Assembly (NCBI RefSeq): GCF_964204645.1
Contig: NC_134031.1
Location: 2,542,001 to 2,606,000 of the forward strand
DNA from: Tubulanus polymorphus
Taxonomy: Eukaryota; Animalia; Nemertea
DNA: 64,000 nt
Reading direction: 5' to 3'
Below are positions 43,352 through 54,239 of the stretch, in pieces. Position numbers and translations under genes: made by a program. Each line of letters starts with the position of its first letter. Position 1 is the first letter of the stretch. Below the pieces are notes generated by a model. That model saw only the letters and a program-made list of their open reading frames with translations. It did not search any database and had not been told where the DNA came from.

Positions 43352-46300
43352 TTAAGTTTTCTTATCATGCTTCGCCTTTGCCCCTCTGCTGTCCAACACT
43401 GGCTCGTTGCTATCAGTAGATGACCGAGTGATTGTACCGTTCTGTGCATCCGATTCATTACTTATCTCAGTGTCGCTATCGTGTATGATTTTCTCTTTGA
43501 AAAATTCAACATTCGTAGGCTCACCACCATTGATCCTGTCGACTTTGATGGCAAATATATCCGTTTCGTTCAGTTGAACATCGGCAATCTGTCCACTATA
43601 ATTCAGTTCATCGTTTTCAGAATCGTTTTTGCCACTGTGAACTGCGAATGCAGTAGTTGTAACAATCTGCTTCATGGTCGCGTTGTCATTTTCCACCTCA
43701 TTTACTTCGACAAACGTACTTGCATCTGTGAGTTGGTCACTTTCTTCTTCCGTGACCTGGATGGATTTTGAATGAACGGCTTCATTTGTTGCTTTGGCCA
43801 GTTTTTTAGGATCTTTCTGCTTTTTGTGATTTCTGCTTCCACTTTTCTTCTTCTTTCCGGGGTTCTTCTGTCTTTTGTTATGATTTTTAGCAACCTTATG
43901 TGGTTTCACTTTCTTACCAGAAAAACTAGCGTTCTCGATCTCTTGATCATGTACTGTATCATTTACAATCACTGAGTCAGATACCTCTAGCTCTTTGTCC
44001 TTAACTTCATCTAACGTTGTGGTATTATGGTTACCAGTTATATGATCACCACTGTTCGGAGCATTATCAAAACCAGCCGGCGGTACACAAGTACATGTCT
44101 CACAACTTAAGCTGTCCATCATGTGCCCATATTCGCAATGTTCATCGCAGTCAAGTTCTTCAATGCTTTTACAGGCAACTTCAACGAGTTCTTTGCATAT
44201 ACAAGAATCGCACCCGTGTTTGTCCTTAAATGAACCGTTTGGACAGGGGCCGCTGTCGCAATGAAGATCAGCGCATGGAACAGGTGGCAACTTAGGTCTT
44301 AAGCATTCGCAAGTCTCACATCCGTTTTCATCTCTTTCAGAACCGTGAAGGCAAGGTCCATCCCAACAGTTCAGGTCTAATTTACAACCTTTACAAAAAC
44401 ATGTGGGACAACCGTCCGAGTCAAGTTCATAGTCGTTTTGACAAGCATATTGGCAGTTATATTTCGGACAAAAACCGCTATTTTTATTAACTGGTGGCGG
44501 TACTATAATTCCATCAATGACAGGTGGCTGCAACACATCTGAGCACTGACAAATCACGCAGCCGTATTGATTATGTTCAAACCCTGTATCGCAGTCCAGT
44601 TTACAGGTGTCAATCGATTCACAAATGAATTCTGGAGGTGACCTACATCTGCAGGTTTCACAGCCAGATCTGTCAAGGAACGATCCATGAATACACGGTC
44701 CCTGGTCACAATGCAAGCTAGGACAAAGATCACTAGGAATCTCTGGTCGTTTACATTCGCACGTTTCGCAACCATTTTCATCTTGTATCGAACCATAAAG
44801 ACAGGGGCCATCCCAACATTTGTAGTCAGTACATGCACACTCGCAAGTAAGACAATAATTATTATCGTGTGCGTATCCATTGGTACATGTTCTGTTACAC
44901 TTTAGCATGGGACATTCATTGATACAATTACACGTTTCACAACCATTTCCATCGCTTTGGTAGCCGTTTTTACAAACACTCGGGCATGTATGCTTTTGGC
45001 AAATCTTCTCTACCACTCCCGTGCAGTTACAAGTTTCACAGCCATATTCATCTTTAACGCGCTCAAGAGGGCAGCTATTTCCACATTGTAGATCTGCGCA
45101 TTTGTGTTCTTCTGCGTTACATTCGCATTTACTACATCCAAAACGATCGACGACATAACCACGAAGACATGCACGAATACATTGAAGAGCGGGGCATTCG
45201 TGGTTCCCACTCGAGATTTTGCAAGCACACATTGGACAACCTGCGCTGTCAGTAGTGAAACCATAAGGGCATCTTTTGTTGCAGTCCTTTGTTGGTGGAC
45301 AGTTACTACCAGGTGCTCTAAGGCACGAACATGTCTCACAGCCGTTTACGTCCAAATTTGAACCGTGCAAGCAAGGGCCATCTGGACAGTGAACTGTTGG
45401 GCAAATGCACTCGCATGTTTTACAGCCCTCATTGTCAACCTGATTTCCTAATTCACACTTCTTTGTACATTCTGGTAATGTTGGACAACTCACGGACGTT
45501 GCGTTTCGACAGAGGCATATTTCACATCCGTACATGTCAACCTGATAACCAGTACTACAGGATTTGTAGCATTTGTTGATTTTCGATGTATCACAGATGA
45601 CCTCAGGTGGTTGCTGACATTCACACGTAGGACAACCTCGTTTGTCGTGTTTTGAGCCGTATTTGCACGGCTCCTTCTGGTAGCACCGATGGCTTGGACA
45701 TGTTTCCATCTCACCTGAAAAAGAAAAAAAGGGAAAAAATAACATCATGCATGACATTGTTCACGTTTTCCATTAATTTTTCCACTTCAATCTTTTCCCA
45801 GTGTTTTTAGCTAAGTAATCAGAATTTTTCACCTTTAACAATTGTTTGATTATTTTCTGTAAGTTCTGCTAGTTTGCTACTATTGTTGTTTTCTTGTGAA
45901 AATATCGCATGCGATTCAACGTGAAGATGTGCTTTTGTAGACAAAGCATCGTTGTGTTTAGAACTCTTGGACTTTTTAGCGTTATGGTGCCGCCGTCTTC
46001 TTATTTTTCTTCGCCGTCTTCGGGGCCGTTTTCTAGGTCTTCGATGGTAGCTTCGGCGGCGATGTCGCTTTTGTTTTGTATGACGACCATCGTTTTTCTT
46101 GCTAAGTTTGTTTTTGTTATTGTGGAGGTTAGCGTTAGTACTGTTTGAAATATTGATAGCAATTTCTGAAAAATGGATTTTCAAAACGTGTGAAATAAAA
46201 TTCCTTTCTAAAGACTTCTAGAGTTTCTTTGAGTATTTTTCATATTACCGTGGATTCAATGGTTTTGCCAAAATATCAGATAATTTATCAATAAGAAAAG

Positions 46301-49300
46301 GTAGATATGGCATATGTGATGTATTTTCATGAAAAACAGTACTTTTTTGAAAAAGCTTATTTACCGCTTTGCTCGATACATGCACAAACTGGGCAACCGA
46401 ATTCGCTGCGAAACCCACTATCACATCCCAAGTCACAATCCTGAATCGATGGACACGTTCTGTGGCATCCTGATTGATGTTTTTGTTTTTAAGAAAAAGA
46501 TAAGTACTGGCTATCAAAATTACAACGTTTCTGATCATCCAGAATAAACATTTATGGCTTGTGGTCATATGTACGTAGGTTTTAAGTTTGGCTTTTCGTA
46601 TAACTTGTTGGAATGTGCGGAATGAATGTTTGTGATTAGTACATACCTTCGTTTAGTCCGTAATCGGGCATTAGACAAGTGCAGGTCATGCAGCCGGTGA
46701 ATGCGGAGAATGCAAAACCAAGCGGGCAGTAATTCGGACAACGATACCGGCATTCATCATCTAATGTAAATATGTCATGCAGGTCATAACTACATGCGGT
46801 TAACAAGCTAAACAATTACATCAAACCTTGGAATATATAAAACGATTGATGGTCCATTGTCAAACTAAACTACATGAACTGGTATTGGATTAATGTTGCG
46901 TCTATCATGAACAAGCCCCACTCACTCTGCCTCTCTACTCCTTCAAACTCGATACCGATTAAGTCGATAAAACGCTTGCCTAGGTTAATGTTTTCTGTTC
47001 ATTGGCATTCCTCGGCCTTTTTTAGTCTAGATCCGAAAAAGTTTGATGGAATGCTACCCTGTCAGTTTTCTGACAAGGTAGTAAAAAAGCACTATCACTA
47101 TTCAATCTTGTCCTAAAGTCGTGGGCTACATTTTATATATCGGAAATGGTCTACTTTGAGTAAAAGGAATCCAGATGATGACAGAAGAAAGGTGAAATCC
47201 AGAGGAAATGAAAATAAGATTAAGACGTCAGTTTCCCGAGTGTGTGCATGAGTTTATTGAAGTGCACGGGGTGCATGCAGTACATTAGAATCAATAACAC
47301 AAGGCATTGATAAGGATAGAAAGGTTTCATATCATACAATAAATAATCGTCTTTAAAGTAAAAACAAGTTCATTTAATCACAGTTATATCACAACAGATA
47401 CGATATCTTTAAAAGTATCAAATCACATGCCAACTGAAGAAGTGACAGTCCTACTTCAGAATTGTCGTCTGCCAAAGTTCACCATGCAAACTCATGCGTT
47501 TCGATTATAAACTGTTAAGTAATTACCGTTGGTCTGTCTTGCTATTCCTGGCCAATTACATTCACAGATAGCGCAACCTCGCTCGTCCAGTCGGTTTCCG
47601 TAAGGGCAGTACATATAACACACCGGACCACATGGTTTACCTGAATAACGATGATATTTCATTTGATTGCAATAAATAGAGGGGTAACGTCCCGAGAATT
47701 GTGCAATCCGTACTAACCGTCGCTGCCAATGATTGGCGGAGAGAATTGCGCTAATTCTTTTGGCTGCAAAATGAAGAAATTCAAATAATGCCCTAGCCAA
47801 ATAAAGGGTTTAAACATTCAGAAATTAACTTTGATATATTTCTTTACGTTTACTTAGTAAAATTCACAAATGAAATAGATGCGAATGATAAGATTTCCTA
47901 ATATTGTTTATTAGTTTGTTTTATTAAGTATGGAATAAGTTAAGTTACCGTTCGTTTTTTCCTTTTGGAGTTGATTACGCTCAGACAGCTGCGATCGTGT
48001 GGAATGTCCACCAATTCCGTAGGATTCACGCAGTAATCGCCAGTCATTTTAGCCTTCATCTCGTTCATCTTGGTCGCGTCGATTGTTTTGTCTCGGCACA
48101 TGAGAACGACAAGTTCACCTCCTCGGGCACAAACACCCGCACTTATACTCGAATAACACTCGTAAGTGATAATGCAATCAAAATCCGCATACACTATCTT
48201 TAAATCGCCTGAAATTACGAAAAGAAAAAAGTTTTAAAAAGTATAAATTGGCCTAATCATATAAATCTTCCTCAAAGCTATGTTGTTAAGCAATGCAATT
48301 GTAATTTGGTTGAATATGCATTCCAATCTGTGCTGAATGAAAAGTCCCACACCAAAATCTACGAATAACAGTTTTCATTCAACCAGCAGCTGTTGGCTAA
48401 AAGCCACCATCAAGGGAAATGTTCATCGCTAGTTTTCCAGATCCAGATTTCCTGCGCAAAAACTCACCTCGAGTTGGAGTGCCACGCATAACGACAGTCA
48501 TGTGACCTGGAGCGTCACCTACCGGGTTCAAGTGTAATGACAGGGGTCCCAAACACTTCCCTTTCCTGAAACGATACAAGTCATTTCTCGATACTCATAA
48601 CTTTGAAAACTAACCTTCTTTTAATCATTTGGTTAACAATGAGTGACAATAGCGGGTTCGAGTCCTGCTGCCTGCTTACAGCGTACGGACAAGAACGTTG
48701 TCATAGATGACGTTAGGGGAGGTGTCTCATTCTATGACACCGTCTCCTCGTGAAGTTAGTCTTGGAAAACCAACATCCGAACCTCGTAAAGCAAGATATT
48801 TAAACAAATATATATATTTTGTAAACGAATACTTTGAATATGTAATACCTGATGAAGCTGTAAGAAACTTGAATGGAGCCATCGCGACGCATTGCCAGAT
48901 TTGATACACTGGCATCCCATGTAAGTCCACGCCACAGACCGTGAGTTCGACTAATCACGTACCAAGTTCCCATAAGCTGAAAGATATATATATAAATATG
49001 GCTATGATAGTTAAACACTTCGATTTGAATTCCCACCATACTGAAAATATTGCTCTGGATACGAGAACGATATCAAAACTAATACGAATTCATTATTAGA
49101 AATATGATTTATGGCCCCCGTGTGCCGCAATAGGTGGCAGGGTTCATAGCAAGTTGAGTTCATTTTTTTGCAGAAGACGCTTAAGCTCGGAACGCGAGGT
49201 TCAGATAAAAGTAACGCTCTTTTTACGCTCTTCATCCGCGCGATTATTGAGATGTACAGGTGGTTCGAGGTATTCTGACGTCATCATTGTGCGAACACCG

Positions 49301-50782
49301 CAAGCAGCTGGAAACGAGCCCCGACTTCACGCAAAAGCTAGAGCTAATAAACGTACCGTACCCACAATTATTAGATTACCTAGCGAAAGGAGATTCGTGG
49401 TGAAAATCGTACCCTGCGATGGCCACAAAAACAGACACTTTGTGGCAAATAGAAAACTATTTTCATTGGAATTAGATCTTTTTATTGTATCGCAGTATAT
49501 TCGAAAAGAGGACCCCCCCTTCCACCTCCAAATTCTCTGGTATACAAATTGCTTAAAACGAAAATGAATTTATACACTATATTCTCTATTTGTGAAAAAG
49601 AGAGAATAATACAGAATCTAATCATACAGTGATTATCTCAGTTCTGTAGGGTATCAATCAATATCAGTGTCATTCACTAAAAAGGCTAGTCATCCGATAA
49701 ATGCCTATCTTCAGGTCGTCCTCACACCACAGTTCATATTGCCGGTCAATCGATAAGTTTTGTTCAGCCATTTCGTAAAAGGTCGAGTGAAATGACCGGA
49801 TACAAAAGGCCTAGGGTTGATAAGCCAGCCAGAAACACCCCCGCAATATTAGCCCCCCATTGTTGAATCTTGGAGTAATCCGAATGATTGACGACGAATA
49901 TATGAAGATTGAATATATGAAGCAAATCAACAATGATATTCATATTATCTTATTGTTTGCAGTTGCGCGAGCGTCGGATGGGTTCAAGTTTGGCGAAGTT
50001 CGTTATCCATTCTGGTAAAAATTGAAAAATCGGTGATTTCATTCATGTGAGAAAATACTGTTAAAACATACTCCAATATATTCAATACAAATATTATGCA
50101 CCAATATTGATACCTTTATCATCATAATGTCGAACTATAAGCTATTAATGATGATGACTCCTTCATTGAGAAAATTGATTGCAACATTGATTGCAATGTA
50201 AGTAAATATGTAGTTATTCCTGACCTGAAAGTTTATAGTTTCTGCGGGAGTTTGGAGTGACGTAATGAGCCTAATAGCATAGCAGCGTGGTATTTACTGT
50301 TTTGGGGCTCAAACGTGACTTACTGGTCACGTATCCCGACGTTCGAACAATGGTAAATCATGACCAAATTCCCTTTTAACTCAATTCGCTATTATTTTTA
50401 AAAATGAAAAACTCATTCCAGTATCTATTAGATCATCATAATATGAGATCAAGAACTTATCATTTTGACCATCGCTTCATTCAAATTCCTGATTTCTTAG
50501 AATACCTTTTTCAAATTGACCAATGCGAAGAGGTACTAATTTCGGATATAATAAGTTGAGCCAAATTTTATCATTGGACAGAAAATCTTTTCTGAAATGT
50601 TTTTGTAAGATTCGATTAGGAAATAAAGTAATACAAACCGATTCCGTGTTGATTTCACGTTGCGGAACAACATCTCTCGGTGGACAGTCGGTAGATCTCT
50701 TGTGTAACGGATGCGCCCGAATCACCGATTCGCTGATAAGTCCAACGAAAACAAACATAAAAACATATCTAATAGTAGCCAT
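43352..50782 (-). CDS. Secreted lipocalin + 19 antistasin-like repeat protein, 1234 aa (N-terminal part or short isoform of the large locus)
   Basis: Exons (minus) 50782-50639, 48976-48849, 48565-48468, 48208-47949, 47763-47718, 47640-47527, 46760-46647, 46469-46365, 46165-45833 and 45714-43352 join in frame (3705 nt). Signal peptide MATIRYVFMFVFVGLISESVIRA. Lipocalin motifs INTESLMGTWYVISR, IVYADFD, VLMCRD. Six-Cys C..C...C..G...D..GC..C.C repeats (antistasin). TATATA at 50830-50835. Confidence 0.82.
48629..48670 (+). mobile_element. tRNA-derived SINE remnant in an intron
   Basis: TGGTTAA A-box-like sequence and AGCGG-GTTCGAGT-CCTGCT T-arm/B box. The rest is not tRNA-like. Confidence 0.3.
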
Positions 50783-53440
50783 ATCGCTCGTGGTGACGAG
50801 CACCGCCCGGCTCAGTCGCGTTTCAATCCTATATAGACAAGACCAATACGTGAATCGATATAGCCAGCAGCTACAAGTCCAGTTAGCCGTATGATTCGTG
50901 GCTTTGTTTCGAAATAACAAGATGACACCCGAACGACGAGTTCATTACATTCGCGCCGATTAGTTTTGACCTACGAACCGAGGTGGTTACTGTTATCAAA
51001 CGAGCAGCGAATTTCACCACTAGAACTAATCACGCCAAAACTATAAGCACTCTGCGCGTTTAGATATTCTCAATCCGAATTCTCCACTTAGAAATATGCA
51101 ATGTTTTTGCCGATTCAATAAATTCCTGTGAACTTCTGCGCGCGTTGAACTACTTCTGGAAACGACGACTCAAAACAAGCGGTCGTTCTCGGATCTGCTG
51201 CATTATTGTTTGTGGTTCGTTGCACCAGGATGCATTTCGTACACAAACGAATAGCTAATCACCTTCTCCTTGAATTCTTGGAACCTCGATGAAATTGATC
51301 AGGCATTTTCCCAGGTGTGCATGAGTTTTACCTGTGTTTATCAGTACACATGCTAGAGTACAAATTAGACGCGCAGATTGCCGTAATGCGCTCGATCTCA
51401 CGGCTCAATTCTATATATCTTAATTAAATTTCAAAGTCAGTGGTTCTGTAAATACTAAGATAACAGAACGAACATAGAAAGAAAGTAGTATTAGGCAGAG
51501 GTATGAAATAGTATATAGAATGCAATAAACTGTTAAAATGTTGGTTCGGTCCTAAAAGAATGAGAATTTTTTTCGGAATTGGGGAAAGAATGTGTGCGAA
51601 CAATATCCAAATATGTGCAAGGCAAATGTGATATTTAAATCTTACAAGGAATGGTAAGAAATTTCACTAAAAAGTAACTACCCGGTACAAGTAAGGACTT
51701 CAGAGAAAATGCAGGATGTTAAATTCAAGTAGACGTTTTCATTGTGATAACTTTTTACAATGAGAACATCATGCAAGGACACTGATTTAGCATGATAAAT
51801 ATCTTAGGCAGAGAACTCTAGGCTATCGGCGAAAGGTCTAACAAGGCTACAACGCTGTTATATACTACTATCATTATAAATAACAGATTAAAGCACACCC
51901 ATATATGACAGAAATTGGTGGTAAAAATTAACAAAAGATTGACAATAATGATGTATATTTATCATGATGAATAGATTTAAAGCATCATCTACTGTATTTC
52001 ATTTCGGTCCCGGTTCATTTAAACAATCTTCCAACCAACCTGAACCGGAAAGCAACTGATTGGCGCGAGATTTTGGAAATAATTATAATACAAGGTTGTA
52101 GATCAACATTTACATTTTTGGTCGTTTTCCACGAGTAAATATTCCAGAAGTTTAAGTTTTCTCGTTAGTAAGTAGTATGTCTTACAGTCGTCCGTTTGCA
52201 GTCCGCCAGTCGAGCACGTGAATAATCGGCGTACGCGTCCTTCCAGCAATTCCCAACAAATTAACACGTCAATTAAGACAGATTACGTTTGAATCAGAAT
52301 CATCAACGTACGCGATAATTGGTCCATTAAGTGGTTTATGACAACATGAATTATACAGTTTACAGTTTATTTGACAAACTCAAGGTCTACAAATTAGACA
52401 ATATGAGTGAAAAATAGAACATTATTACAAAATAACATAGCGGCGAATGCCGTGTTTACACAAATATTTTAGCAATTTTACTTATAAAGATACATAAATT
52501 ATAAAGTGTTCTGATGTTCTTTGTCTGCATAAGGGAGGAGAATTTATACTGGTTTGGATAAATTGAAAATTTTCTGTCAATGTACTTGGTCTTAAAACAT
52601 CAAGGGTTGGACAACAATATATGTCTTCAGGTATCCGCCATACAGTATTATTATGTGTACTTTTGTTGGTATCATAAAAAATGTACTTTTTGATCTAATA
52701 AACTAATAATAATTTTTATACTAATAACAACCTTTGAATTCTATTCATCTCCGACTGATCGATTACAAAATTGCGCGAACTGATAATTGGATAATATCGA
52801 GTCCCCGTTGATAGAAATGAATAATGAATCAACGCAATAAGCAATAAGTTTTATGCGCACTCCGGATTTGTTGGTTGTAAGAGCTGGCCAATTTTTATAT
52901 GCAATACATATATTGTATATTCATTATAGCAATAATTTGAAGCTATTAAGAGAATAATTTTCTTTGCAATGTATGAAAAACATAAAGCTCAAAGTTTTGG
53001 AATTTTGACTAAACCCCGTCATCAGAGGAACCGAAAATGATTTGGTGAAACTGTCAGAAACAAGATGGTCCAATCATCAATTGTGGGTTATTACTTATGG
53101 ATAGTGTACTAAAGTTTCACTTGAAAATGATAAGCAAATAGTGATAAGATATTGCCATTATATATACGAAATGATTGCATAAACATCATTATATATCATA
53201 TAGGCCTACGTGTAGTTTGGACGAATTCCATATTTTTCAATCGAACGCTTTATTTTTACATACCTATTATGGTTATGCACTTTAATTTTCTATATCCATA
53301 ATTTTTTGCACAGGAAATTCAATTTTGTAATATAGCACAAAGGCGTTGAAGGATAAACACTACAATTCGATGCATTATTATTAGAAATCATCTCACAGGG
53401 GGGCAGGTTGCAACACGGTAGATATCGTCACTATTCAGCC

Positions 53441-53494
53441 TACGAGCAATTATCTTAACTGTTAAGATAATTGCTCTTAAGATAATTGCTCGTA
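53441..53494. repeat. Perfect palindrome with a duplicated arm (MITE-like remnant)
   Basis: GAGCAATTATCTTAAC-T-GTTAAGATAATTGCTC followed by a second TTAAGATAATTGCTCGTA. Confidence 0.75.
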
Positions 53495-53939
53495 AATTCA
53501 ACCTTGGAGTTATCATCTAACAAAATTTATAATTCAATCAACAGATCAGAGCCGTGCAATAACATACACTGATTTGCACATTAAACAGCAGTCAAGAGAT
53601 CTAAACAAAATAATGAAATACGCGTTAGATGAAAAACTTTATTCCTGAAATAAAAAAGATTATTTATAAGTTTACAAAATACCAATTGAATCCATCCTCA
53701 CGGCAGAAAATATTCAGAAATTCAACAGAACACTAAATTTTATAAGATCTTTCATAACACCTTTCCATTTCAATACTCTTTACGTAAGATATCGAAAACG
53801 CGATATGACGCGCATGAGATCATGCGTCATAGGATTCTTTCGAGAACAGTCTGATGTACTTTAGAATGCGGATATATAATCGATATCTATCTGACATATA
53901 TATCCCGATTAGTCATTCAAATTCACCCTTTATCTCTTT

Positions 53940-54175
53940 TGCACACGTACGTAGTTCTGTCGCGTGATAACCTGTTTCACATTTTTGCGCTGAGTGAAAG
54001 TAATCGGTTTCACATTGCGCGAACTTTATTAAGTATAGCGTTAGGGTGATTCACATTTTCGTGAAGTTGTGCCAAAAACCGCTTCACGTTGCAACGGGAA
54101 GCATTGTTATTGCACACGAACCTACTTCGATAACCGAATAAATAGGGCCGCTTCGAACGTAACAGATCATTGTGA
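53940..54175 (+). promoter_or_regulatory. Metallothionein promoter: two MRE cores, TATA-like box, Inr-like site
   Basis: TGCACAC (MRE core TGCRCNC, the MTF-1 site) at 53940-53946 and 54111-54117. TAAATAG at ~54139. TCATT at 54167-54171, ~30 nt after the TATA-like box. A distal TGCGCAC lies at 52854-52860. Confidence 0.65.
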
Positions 54176-54239
54176 ATGAGGTTACTACGAGTTTCCAGTA
54201 AATATCATACGATTTCATACTTGAAAACAACAGAAAGAA

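Noticed and set aside
33426-46148. ORFs antisense to TMEM26, the mucin exons and the antistasin exon
   Set aside because: Opposite-strand shadows of well-supported coding exons.
50477-50920. 147-aa ORF as a stand-alone gene
   Set aside because: Only 50782-50639 looks coding (signal-peptide exon). The flanks are promoter/UTR and intron read-through.
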